Source: Wolbachia endosymbiont of Litomosoides sigmodontis
GTDB taxonomy: Bacteria > Pseudomonadota > Alphaproteobacteria > Rickettsiales > Anaplasmataceae
Direction of reading: 5' to 3'
DNA length: 32,000 nt
Assembly (NCBI RefSeq): GCF_013365435.1
Contig: NZ_CP046577.1
Location: 1,013,803 to 1,045,802 of the forward strand
Made by a program: the position numbers and the translations under genes. The notes under the pieces are model-generated. The model had not been told where the DNA came from. It was given only the letters and a program-made list of their open reading frames with translations, and did no database searches. Each line of letters opens with the position of its first letter. Position 1 is the first letter of the stretch. Below are positions 21,251 through 30,640 of the stretch, one piece after another.

Positions 21251-21527
21251 TTATATCTTTTTACTATTGTAGGGCTGTTTAAGGTAAAATTACACGTTCA
21301 GTTATTAAATAAAGAACTATATAGAAATAAGAAATGAGATTAATTTGGTATAAAATGACATAAAAGTTCTACAAGCAAAATGGAACTATTTGAATAATCT
21401 AAAAAGGCTTAAAAAGCTTATGAAAAAATATTTGAGATATAACTCTTTAGTATTGCCCTGTCAAGTCAAAAACCTTGCTGCTATAAATAGCTACAGTACA
21501 TTAGCCAATTTAAAAAACCTAAACTAA
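21251..21527 (+). pseudogene. ftsL: ftsL-like cell-division gene remnant immediately downstream of rsmH
   Basis: First frame: LYLFTIVGLFKVKLHVQLLNKELYRNKK*. Shifted frame: EINLV*NDIKVLQAKWNYLNNLKRLKKLMKKYLRYNS... This matches the alphaproteobacterial FtsL signature (I.VL.AEW.YLN.P.RL..LA.K.L.L.P) and the expected dcw-cluster position. There is no start codon, at least one frameshift (about 21335) and an in-frame stop at 21351. Confidence 0.45.
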
Positions 21528-21646
21528 TGATTTAGCAACTCTCTGCTTAAATATAGAGCAGATTTTCCAGTATAACCTTGATTTTTTATACGTTTTACTT
21601 CTTTCTCTATATTTGGTTATAGGCTTAAAAACAAACGGTAATCTTA

Positions 21647-22090
21647 ATACCAATTCTTATTGTTAGCGAGTTAAACAAGTGAATTGCAGAATTGTTTAAT
21701 TGCGAAATGAGAAAGAAGATAATTAAATTTGCACAAAAAGCTCTCAAGCAAGGTAATTATATTACAAACTTTACTACGCAAAATGTTCTATTTTATACAC
21801 AACCAAAGTCTCTCAATAGAATCAAGCTTTGGCAGTATGGTGGGGTGGTATATAACCTAGATATTTTTAGGTGCCATTTAAATTTTTTGACTTATTTCAA
21901 TTAGCACAATTCACGATAAGAAAGGCATCTTACCTTCTTAAATATTGCAATATTTCTTCAAAAAATATATTCATACAATCAGTATTAACATTAGGTATAA
22001 ATAAGCTAGAATTCTCTCTATTTTTAGAATAGACTGCACTGTAGAGATAAAATTTTGTCTACTTAATTTTATTTTAGGCTGCATTCTAAT
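21647..22090 (-). mobile_element. Degenerate IS630-family element, 3' half only; forms the left arm of foldback composite D
   Basis: Reverse complement of 22750-23191. 21706-21931 is identical to rc(22906-23131). The outer end is TA|CCAATTCTTATTGTTAGCGAG. Confidence 0.85.
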
Positions 22091-23191
22091 ACCAATTCCC
22101 ATTATTACATAATGGTAGAGATAGATAATAATAGAAAAGAAACCCTATTGAAGTAAGTAAAATAGCAAAATTTAAATGGCATTAAAATTAACGAATCAAA
22201 AAAGTTGTAAAACTAGCAAAAAAATGCAGAAGAAAGCGCAAAATAACACATATATTGCAAAAAAAACAAATACTTAATTGCCGCAAAAAATTACAATATA
22301 ACAACCATAGAAAAAATATATTGTATTTTAAGAACAGCATTAATTGCATGAATAAAGTACCCAAAATTCGGAAGAGAAGAAAATTTTTTGCCTCTCTAAA
22401 CGTCATAAAAAAATCAGATTGAACCAGAGCAAATTTGAATAAGTTGAAGCACGGATACAAGAAAATCATAACATTACTATTAAAGAAATAGGAGTTAAAA
22501 ATCCAGGAAAAATTTGGTTTAAATATCAGCAAATCTACAGCATACCATAAATATGCAAAAATGAGCTTTCGTGTATTATATCAAGACCAATTCATAATGA
22601 ACAATATAAAGGTAAACAAGAACAATTTAAAAAAACTTAATGAGCTTATTGGTAAGTATCCTAAACAAGAGTTATTCATCTTTGATGAATCGCAGTTTGC
22701 ATACATTCAAAAGTTGAACATCGGTAGTTCTAAAAGGACGTCAGAATATAGGTTAAAGTAAAATTAGGTAGACAAAAATTTTTATCTTTACAATACAGTT
22801 AGTTCTAAAAACGGAGAGAGTCCCCTAGCTTATTTGCACCCAATGTAAATACTGATTATTGTATGGATATATTTCTTGAACAAATGTTGCAATATTTTAG
22901 AAGACAAGATGCCTTTCTTATCGTGAATTGTGCTAATTGAAATAAGTCAAAAAATTTAAATGGCACCTAAAAATATCTAGGTTATATACCACCCCACCAT
23001 ACTGCCAAAGCTTGATTCTATTGAGAGACTTTGGTTGTGTATAAAATAGAACATTTTGCGTAGTAAAGTTTGTAATATAATTACCTTGCTTGAGAGCTTT
23101 TTGTGCAAATTTAATTATCTTCTTTCTCATTCCACAATTAAACAATTCTACAATGTCACTTATTTTATTCATTAATAATGAGAATTAGTAT
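22089..23191 (+). mobile_element. Degenerate full-length IS630-family element (transposase pseudogene); body plus right arm of composite D
   Basis: Left end ATACCAATTCCCATTATTAC. The sense fragment (ORF 22561..22761) reads ...KQELFIFDESQFAYIQKLN, which holds the first D of the DDE triad. Downstream, ...LPKLDSIERLWLCIK matches the PELNPIE..W region. The right end ...GAGAATTAG is followed by TA. Confidence 0.85.
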
Positions 23192-23585
23192 AAATATAAT
23201 AATACAACAGAAGTTATAGATAATATTACAGAAAATAACCATAATGATATCATCCTTATAGCAAATTTTCTTGCTTTATCCTTTAATTTCTCTTCAAGGA
23301 ATTTTGAATTAATAGTTCTAGAAAAATAAGGACAGCCAAATAATGCTTAACTAATTCACTTTCTTGCTTCTTAGGTATACCTTTACCAAGTACATTAACC
23401 TTAATATATCCAAGTACTCCAAAAAAAGTTTATACACGTTATCCATCCATCTTTTAGCTTGATATCATTATCTAGATAACAAACAACTTCCATTTATCTT
23501 TAGTAAATATTCAGTCATTTTAATATAAAAATTTAAAAAAAAGCCAAGATAGCTTTAAAATATGGACTATAACATAATAAAAGCC

Positions 23586-24185
23586 CTATAGAAAACTCCC
23601 TACAATTTCTTTTAGATGGATTTTAAATTTTTGAAACATCAAAACATTATTGATGAGCTTATCAAGAAATGATAGAGTATGTGCAAAACCTTCTGAATAG
23701 TCATTAATAAAAAAGAGTATTGTGCTTAAGTATATCCAAGCTAGTATTATCCGTTTTGTATAGTAATTAAAATTTGTCGATTGATCATGAATACTATACC
23801 AAATCACATTAACTGTTTCATACAAAAGTTTACTAGAAAAGTATGTATTTTTTGGTAATACAGAAAAGAATAAAACATTTTTTAAAAACTCTCTGTAATT
23901 TGGTAATTTAGCATAATTTGAGAGATGTATTTGAATAGCTAACCTTATTCGCTCCCGTATTTTCATATCTTCTAAATTAGATTTTCGAAGTTCAGCTTCC
24001 ATTGAAGCATTTAAGTTCTCCATTATGTGCTCTAAAGCACTATATATCCCATTACAAAATTTGCAAAAGCTATTAGCTAGATTAAGGTTTGTGCACACTT
24101 TTAGGAGAGTTTTATCGCTTATCCCTTCAAATGGAATAACTTTGATTAGCTCATCTATTATCAACTTTATTTCATCTTGTTCCAT
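23586..24185 (-). CDS. COQ9-family protein (rpsU-divergently-transcribed-protein type)
   Basis: 199 aa. The C-terminal half, DQSTNFNYYTKRIILAWIYLSTILFFINDYSEGFAHTLSFLDKLINNV, matches the remembered COQ9 signature (D.StDfNwYTKR..La.iy.sT.l....D.S..f..T..FLdrRi..V). Confidence 0.7.
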   Translation of the reverse strand: MEQDEIKLIIDELIKVIPFEGISDKTLLKVCTNLNLANSFCKFCNGIYSALEHIMENLNASMEAELRKSNLEDMKIRERIRLAIQIHLSNYAKLPNYREFLKNVLFFSVLPKNTYFSSKLLYETVNVIWYSIHDQSTNFNYYTKRIILAWIYLSTILFFINDYSEGFAHTLSFLDKLINNVLMFQKFKIHLKEIVGSFL

Positions 24186-24197
24186 AACAACATTGTA

Positions 24198-25754
24198 CTA
24201 AATAGCACGTGTAATTGTAAACGAATCTCTGAGATTTTCAAACATCCTACAAAATGCTTCACCACGCTCTTCAAAATTTCTCCACTGATCGAAAGAAGCA
24301 CATGCAGGAGAAAGTAATATTGTTATCTTTTCTTTGCTTTTTATAGCCTCTTCAAAAGCAAGTCTAAATGCGTTTTCTAAATTACAACATCTAACGTAAT
24401 CCACTTTATTTTCCATAGTGCTTGCAAAAACTTCTGTTGATTCCCCAATAAGAAAAGCTTTTTTAATCTTTGTAAAATGCTCGCTTAATGACTCTATACC
24501 TCCTTCTTTACTTTTCCCACCAACGATCCAATATATGTTTTGATAAGATAAAATCGCCTTTTTGCTTGATTCAGCATTAGTTGCTTTGCTATCGTTTACA
24601 AAAAGCACATTTTCTATTTTGCCAAGTAGTTCATTTCTGTGCTTTAACCATGAAAAGGATTTAATTCCATCGATAATGGTGCTGCTATCTATTTTAAGCA
24701 GCTCACACACAGCATATGCAGCTGCTATGTTTTCCGCATTAGATGTTAAGTTTATTTTTGCCTCACTTACCGATAAGTCATAATTTTTTAATTTCAATGA
24801 GATCTCCTGAATCCTAGCATCTTTTTTATCATCCAACAAAAAGCATATTCTTGAGAATGGAATCTTATTTCCAGTAAATTTATTAAAAATATCAGCGGTA
24901 ATTTCATTATCACATCCTATCACTGCAACTTTACTACTGCTTATTAGCTTCGATTTAATCGCTATGTAATTTTTCATACTTCCATGTCTGTCTATATGAT
25001 CTTGGGTAATGTTAAGCAGCACTGAAATATCTATCTTTACCATACTAGCCATCCTTTTTGCCACTCCGCTTACCTCTTTTGTCATATCAGATATTCTTTT
25101 TATCATCCAAGTAGTACAATACTCTGATCCAGAAAAAAAAGTATAGTCATGCACTGGAATAACAGCAGGCATATTTATTAGCTCCAATTGAAAAGAGGAA
25201 AATTCAATTACATAAATCTCCGCATCTTTTTCTAGATCCAAAATAGGAATACCTAAATTTCCACCAATAGCTACTTTTTTTCCAGCAGACTTTAATATGT
25301 GCCCTATTAACGACGTAGTGGTTGATTTGCCATTCGTTCCTGTGACACCTATAACCTTCTGATTTGCAGCTTTAACTTCTAGAAATAGTTCAATATCAGA
25401 TTTTATTTTACAGTCAAAACTTCTTGCAAGTTTTACTATCCAATGCGGCTTCGGATATGAAATTGGCACTCCAGGACTTAAAATCAATGCTTTTATCTCG
25501 TGCCAATCGTACTTTTTTGGATGGATAAAATTACACTCTTTATACGTTATTTTCGCATTTGCTATTTGTTCTTCACTATCATCCCACGTGTACACTTTTG
25601 CACCACTTTTTATTAAAGCATTAATAACGGACAAACCAGTCTTACCAAGGCCGAAAACCGCAATATTTTGATTTTTGTACTTGCTCAGTTGTATCACTTG
25701 TTTTAGGAAGATATCATATAGATTGTTAATAGTCCTAATGTAAAGAGTTTGCAA
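24198..25754 (-). CDS. murD: UDP-N-acetylmuramoylalanine--D-glutamate ligase MurD (with about 43-codon insertion)
   Basis: 518 aa with VFGLGKTG, GVTGTNGKSTT, EFSSFQLE, NITQDHIDRHGS, NDSKATN and SPACASFDQ. The N-terminal start is uncertain. Confidence 0.9.
   Translation of the reverse strand: MQTLYIRTINNLYDIFLKQVIQLSKYKNQNIAVFGLGKTGLSVINALIKSGAKVYTWDDSEEQIANAKITYKECNFIHPKKYDWHEIKALILSPGVPISYPKPHWIVKLARSFDCKIKSDIELFLEVKAANQKVIGVTGTNGKSTTTSLIGHILKSAGKKVAIGGNLGIPILDLEKDAEIYVIEFSSFQLELINMPAVIPVHDYTFFSGSEYCTTWMIKRISDMTKEVSGVAKRMASMVKIDISVLLNITQDHIDRHGSMKNYIAIKSKLISSSKVAVIGCDNEITADIFNKFTGNKIPFSRICFLLDDKKDARIQEISLKLKNYDLSVSEAKINLTSNAENIAAAYAVCELLKIDSSTIIDGIKSFSWLKHRNELLGKIENVLFVNDSKATNAESSKKAILSYQNIYWIVGGKSKEGGIESLSEHFTKIKKAFLIGESTEVFASTMENKVDYVRCCNLENAFRLAFEEAIKSKEKITILLSPACASFDQWRNFEERGEAFCRMFENLRDSFTITRAI
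25038..25166. repeat. Degenerate palindromic element inserted in frame in murD
   Basis: Plus strand: gtcatatcag...tatcatccaagtagtacaatactctgatccagaaaaaaaagtatagtcatgcactggaataacag. On the coding strand it reads AVIPVHDYTFFSGSEYCTTWMIKRISDMTKEVSGVAKRMASMV. It lies between the conserved SSFQLELINMP and KIDISVLLNITQDH segments. Confidence 0.55.
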
Positions 25755-25814
25755 ACACTAATTATTACTTGTAAGATATAAGGAAATTAGTAAGGATTTT
25801 AATAGGAAAATAAT

Positions 25815-26162
25815 ATGCCATCCGTCACTTTTATTCTACCCGATGGAAGCAAGAAAGGCTATGAAGCTACAGAAGGGGAAACTCTACTTAATTTAGCCCA
25901 CAGAAGTGACCCAGATTTGCTTGAAGGTGCATGTGAAGGCTCTCTTGCTTGTTCTACGTGCCACGTAATTGTTGATCAAAAATTTTATGATGCTGTAGAA
26001 ACACACAACCCTATATCTGACGAGGAAAATGATATGTTAGATCTAGCTTTTGGCTTAACCGAAACATCAAGACTTGGGTGCCAAATAAAAATTACAAAAG
26101 ACATTGACGGTTTATGTGTAACCATACCAAGAAGTACAAGAAATATATCACTGGATAAATAA
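25815..26162 (+). CDS. 2Fe-2S ferredoxin, adrenodoxin/Fdx type
   Basis: 115 aa with CEGSLACSTCHV ... LGCQI cysteine ligands and a DMLDLAFGLTETSRL segment. Confidence 0.9.
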   Translation: MPSVTFILPDGSKKGYEATEGETLLNLAHRSDPDLLEGACEGSLACSTCHVIVDQKFYDAVETHNPISDEENDMLDLAFGLTETSRLGCQIKITKDIDGLCVTIPRSTRNISLDK

Positions 26163-26176
26163 GGGAATGATTAGCT

Positions 26177-27226
26177 ATGCGTAAGGTTTTCATCCATACA
26201 ATAATTTTTTTATTTCTACTTATCCTTATAGCTTACAGTGGCTTTTGGTATTTTTCTGCATGGAAGATAAAAAATCTTTTGGCAAAAATAATATTATATA
26301 CTAACAATGAAAAATTTAATATTTCATATAACCTTAGTGGATTCCCTTTTAGTCCAATTCTTCACATAATAAACCCAAAGCTCTTCAACGAGCAATTAAC
26401 TATTTCGTCTGAAGCTTTGCTGATAAAAAATAGATTATTCGATAAATCCTTATACATCTATATACCAAGTAATGAAGTCAATATTACTACTCATGATGCT
26501 AAGAAAAAGAACATAAAATGCTATACAAACAATAATAACCATTTTTTCATCAAACTAAATGACTTACCATTTTCGCTGCGACTTAATAAAAATGGCACTA
26601 TGATAGACTATGTAAACATGCTTCGTTACGAAGATTACGGATTAAAATGCAACACTTCAGAAAATCAACAAAGCGTTATAACCGAAGCAAATGGTAAAAG
26701 TAACTATATTCAATTTCATTTTGATAAAGAACCAAATGGCAACACTAAGCTAGGGTTTGATTTTTATATCTATCGATACAAAAACCTTGTAAGTCCTGAA
26801 CATTACCTTAATATCAATACTAAATTAGGTTATGAACTTATAAATCACATTTCAGCTTCCAGAGTTAATTTCAATATAGAAAGATTTTTAATTCAGAGTA
26901 ATAATTTTTCTCTTACTGCAAATGGTGGAGTGCAAAATTATAACTTGGTTACGTCTTCATTCACAAACAAGGTTAATGTGGCCGTATCTAATTATAAAGA
27001 ATTAATCTTGCTTTTAACTGGTGAGAAAAATCACTCAAAAGCTTTAGATGCATTCGAAAAATTAATATCTTCCTTATCAGAAAAAAAAACTAATGATAGC
27101 ATTCAATTTTCAATAAAATATAATGATAACCTGGGATCAAGCTTTATTGGAAAATTGTCCACCACTGATTTTATGAACCAACTAAGTAAAGTCAACGAAC
27201 TAACCAAAAATGAAAATATTAATTAA
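26177..27226 (+). CDS. Hypothetical membrane-anchored protein (possibly DUF2125-like)
   Basis: 349-aa ORF with a single N-terminal TM helix (IIFLFLLILIAYSGFWYF) and an Asn/Lys-rich body. It overlaps the ccmH start by 17 nt. The family assignment is from memory only. Confidence 0.55.
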   Translation: MRKVFIHTIIFLFLLILIAYSGFWYFSAWKIKNLLAKIILYTNNEKFNISYNLSGFPFSPILHIINPKLFNEQLTISSEALLIKNRLFDKSLYIYIPSNEVNITTHDAKKKNIKCYTNNNNHFFIKLNDLPFSLRLNKNGTMIDYVNMLRYEDYGLKCNTSENQQSVITEANGKSNYIQFHFDKEPNGNTKLGFDFYIYRYKNLVSPEHYLNINTKLGYELINHISASRVNFNIERFLIQSNNFSLTANGGVQNYNLVTSSFTNKVNVAVSNYKELILLLTGEKNHSKALDAFEKLISSLSEKKTNDSIQFSIKYNDNLGSSFIGKLSTTDFMNQLSKVNELTKNENIN

Positions 27227-27584
27227 TTTATTTTTCATACTGATATTCTACTCAAGCACAAATGCTTTTATTTTAGATAACAAGCTCAGAGACAAAAGCA
27301 TGGAAAAGCGAGCAACTAATTTATTTAAAATGATAAAGTGTCCAATATGTTCTGGTGAGTCATTATCTGAATCCGGATCCCAAATTGCATATGATATGCG
27401 TAAAATGATTCGTGAAAAAATCAGTCATGGATATACTGACGAGCAAATAACTTTAGAGCTAAGAAATTTTTATGGAGATTCAATTATAATCGCTCCACCT
27501 GTAAAATTTAGTACTTATATTTTATGGCTTATTCCACTTGTAATTCCACTAATAGGGTGCTTTTTAATACGAAAATATACTTAA
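27210..27584 (+). CDS. ccmH: Cytochrome c-type biogenesis protein CcmH
   Basis: 124 aa. Signal peptide, the CPICSGESLSES (CxxC) motif, A.DMR..I...I..G.TDEQI, and a C-terminal TM helix. Confidence 0.85.
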   Translation: MKILINLFFILIFYSSTNAFILDNKLRDKSMEKRATNLFKMIKCPICSGESLSESGSQIAYDMRKMIREKISHGYTDEQITLELRNFYGDSIIIAPPVKFSTYILWLIPLVIPLIGCFLIRKYT

Positions 27585-27667
27585 GTAGTGCATGTTTTCT
27601 CTCTAAAAAAGATAGAAAATTAATTAATTCTTCTCTTTCCACTATTAACGGATTAATAACACAACTA

Positions 27668-28766
27668 ATACCAATTCTCATTATTGGTCAGTCAAATAAG
27701 TGACATTGCAAGTTGTTTGATTAAGAGTAAGAAAGAGAGAAATAAATTTGCATAAAGACTCTCAAGTAAAGTAATTGCATTATAGACTTTAATTATATAA
27801 AATGTTCTATCTTGTATAGAACTAAAGTCTCTTAACAGAATTAAGCTTAGGTAAATATGATAGTAGGTATATAATACTGATGTTTTCAGGTATCTTTAAA
27901 TTTTTTTGACTTATGTCAACTAGCACAATTCATGATAAGAAGGATTTCTCATATTTTTAAATATGACAACATTTGTTCAAGAAATATATTTATATAATTA
28001 ATGTTAACATTTGGCATAAATAAGCTAGAATTTTCTCCATTTTTAGGATTAAGTACACTGTATAGATAAAAACTTTATCTATCTCAGTTTACTTTAACCT
28101 GTGTTTTAATGTCCTTTCTAAATCACCTATGCTAATAATCTTTAAATGTGTATCAACCGTAATTTATCAAAGATAAATAATCTTTATTCATAGTATCTAC
28201 TAATAGTCTATTAGGTCTTTTTTTAAAACACTTCATTATTTATCTTCATCTTGCTCATTAGAATTAGGTTTGACGTAATATACGAAAATTTCATTTTTTA
28301 CGTATTACAGTATACTACAGTCTTGCTGACATCCAAGATAAACTTTTCCTGGATTATTATTCTCATTTCATTAAAGGTAATATTAGGTCTTTTTATATTC
28401 ATACTTCACTTTCTTCAAATTAACTCTAATTCAGTTTTTCTACAATATTAAGGAAAGTAAACAATTTTTTACTCTATCTAAAAATTTTAGGCACTTTATC
28501 CATGCAGTTAATGCTGTTCTTATAAAAGAAGACACATTTTTGCTAAGGCTGTTATACTACTTCTTTGCTACAATTACAGCATTTAATTTTTTTACAATAT
28601 ATGTATCATTTTACACTTTCTTCAGCATTTTTTTTGCTGATTTTACGATCTTTTTTCATTCAATAATTTTAATTTTAATACTATTTTAATTTCGCTATTC
28701 TAGCTATTTCAGTAAGGTTTCTCTTCCATATTATTTGTCTCCGTTCCTTGTATAGTTATATTAACA
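27668..28766 (-). mobile_element. Degenerate full-length IS630-family element (transposase pseudogene)
   Basis: Right-end TIR ATACCAATTCTCATTATTGG at 27668. The left-end remnant (rc ..TAATATAACTATACAAGGAACGG) is at about 28766. It is colinear with the copy at 17172-18248 and has no intact ORF. Confidence 0.8.
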
Positions 28767-29029
28767 TAAGCTAAAATATTTAGTATAAAAAGCTTTTTAC
28801 TTATTTTACTACTAGCTTTGTTTCCATTTTTAGAAGCACCCACAAGTGCTGATGGTGTTAAAGAAAACTACAACTATGAACATTATCCTAAATTGAACCA
28901 TAATTATTTTATAGATGAACTGTATGTTATAAAGAAAAATTATTATAGATAAGATGAGAAATTAAAAATATCAGCAGATAAGAGAATAAAGAAGATAAAA
29001 GAAAGACCGTTTTAACGGTGACACTAAAA

Positions 29030-30421
29030 CTAGTGATTTATAAATTCCTCTAGCTTTACTATTCTTTCAAATTCTTCTTCAGTGAGTAGCTCAAGCTTTA
29101 CTGCTGCTTCTTTTAAAGAAATATTTTCTTTACAAGCAAATTTTGCTATTTTTGCTGCATTGTCATATCCTATATGTGTATTCAATATAGTAACCAACAT
29201 CAATGATCGATTTAATAGATCTTTTATCCTCTTTTCATTTGCCTTAATACCAATCACACACTTTTCTGTAAAATTCAAACTTGCATCAGCCAAAAGGCTT
29301 ATAGACTGCAAAACATTGTAGATTATCACTGGTTTAAACACATTCAGTTCAAAATGCCCATTTGAACCACTGATAGTTACGGTAACATGATTCCCCATAA
29401 CTTGAGCGCATACCATAGTCACTGCCTCACATTGAGTTGGATTTACCTTACCTGGCATGATTGAAGAACCAGGCTCATTCTCCGGTAATGTAATTTCTCC
29501 AATTCCACATCTTGGACCAGAGCCAAGCAATCTTATATCACTTGCAACTTTCATTAAACTGACTGCTACCGTATTAAGTGTTCCACTCAATTCAACTAGA
29601 GCATCATTTGCTGCTAATGCTTCAAATTTATTGTCTGCTGAAGTAAATGGAAGATCACTAATTTCTGCAACTTCTTTAGCAAAATCCTCAGCAAAACCTT
29701 TTTTAGTATTTAATCCAGTACCAACTGCAGTGCCACCTTGTGCAAGCTCATATAGATTGCTCAGAGCTGATTTTATTCTCTTTATTCCCTTTTTAATTTG
29801 AGCTGCATAGCCAGAAAACTCCTGCCCTAGTGTCAGAGGTGTTGCATCTTGCAAATGAGTACGACCTATTTTTATTATATTTTTAAATTCCTGAACCTTG
29901 CCATTCAATGCTTTATGTAACACTTCAAGATTTGGAATGAGAAAACGATTTATCTGCCTTGCTGCCGCTATATGCATTGCTGTTGGGAAAGTATCATTTG
30001 ATGACTGACCGTAATTCACATGATCGTTTGGATGCACTGGAGACTTACTACCCAAATTGCCGCCTAAAATCTCTATTGCACGATTACTTATCACTTCATT
30101 TATATTCATATTAGTTTGAGTTCCAGACCCAGTTTGCCACACGACGAGCGGAAATTCGTTATTGAATTTACCATCTATTATTTCTTTTGCAGCTGTACAG
30201 ATTGCATTTCCCACTTTTTCATCAATAACACCATGCTTCATGTTTACACGTGCTGCTGCAAGTTTTACCATTGCTAATGCTTTAATTATGGATTCTGGCA
30301 TTTTTTCTATGCCAATTCTAAAATTCTCTAAAGAACGTTGTGTTTGTGCCCCCCAATAATGTTCACTTGGTACTTTTACTTCTCCTAAACTATCTAATTC
30401 TATTCTAGTTTTTTTACCCAT
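29030..30421 (-). CDS. fumC: Fumarate hydratase, class II
   Basis: 463 aa with the signature [11 protein letters not shown], plus [11 protein letters not shown], and HPNDHVN. Confidence 0.95.
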   Translation of the reverse strand: MGKKTRIELDSLGEVKVPSEHYWGAQTQRSLENFRIGIEKMPESIIKALAMVKLAAARVNMKHGVIDEKVGNAICTAAKEIIDGKFNNEFPLVVWQTGSGTQTNMNINEVISNRAIEILGGNLGSKSPVHPNDHVNYGQSSNDTFPTAMHIAAARQINRFLIPNLEVLHKALNGKVQEFKNIIKIGRTHLQDATPLTLGQEFSGYAAQIKKGIKRIKSALSNLYELAQGGTAVGTGLNTKKGFAEDFAKEVAEISDLPFTSADNKFEALAANDALVELSGTLNTVAVSLMKVASDIRLLGSGPRCGIGEITLPENEPGSSIMPGKVNPTQCEAVTMVCAQVMGNHVTVTISGSNGHFELNVFKPVIIYNVLQSISLLADASLNFTEKCVIGIKANEKRIKDLLNRSLMLVTILNTHIGYDNAAKIAKFACKENISLKEAAVKLELLTEEEFERIVKLEEFINH

Positions 30422-30579
30422 GCTTTTTTCCCCAATGGTATGAAAGTATCTGACCTAACACTAGCTTCACTATATAATTTTTCCATGTGAATACCTCTAT
30501 TTTTCACTTAATTAAATCATACTAGACTTTAGTGTCAAGTACATGGATATTATAATATCTTGATATTTCATAGTAAATA

Positions 30580-30640
30580 ACGTCGTATCAGTGCATTCTT
30601 CTTCTATCATTCTAGTGTATAACACTAAAATCTAGTAAAC
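30580..30640. repeat. Possible highly degenerate intergenic copy of the palindromic element
   Basis: cgtcgtatcagtgcattc...tcattctagtgtataacactaaaatctag. It has a tagtgt/acacta hairpin and a tcat-c-ag prefix resembling the tcatcccagtg...cactgg pattern. Confidence 0.25.

Noticed and set aside
21692-23172. Two nearly identical ORFs (21692..21904 on the plus strand, 22933..23172 on the minus strand; shared peptide MRKKIIKFAQKALKQGNYITNF...), which look like a duplicated small gene.
   Set aside because: They are the antisense reading of the transposase C-terminal remnant. They are identical only because they sit in the 226-bp converted tract of the inverted arms. They have no start context or motif support.
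27620-27667. The roughly 45-bp stretch taattaattcttctctttccactattaacggattaataa resembles an IS left end and sits directly against the right end of the IS at 27668. This might be a left-right junction or a solo-TIR relic.
   Set aside because: The alignment needs several gaps in a very AT-rich context and is too short to separate from chance.
29006-29019. Palindrome accgttttaacggt downstream of fumC (minus strand), followed by a T-rich run. Considered as a possible rho-independent terminator.
   Set aside because: The effective stem is only 4-6 bp with a minimal loop, which is too weak to call. The same applies to the gattacc/ggtaatc hairpin at 8248-8270, which has no T-tract, and the agcta/tagct+T8 hairpin near 17140.
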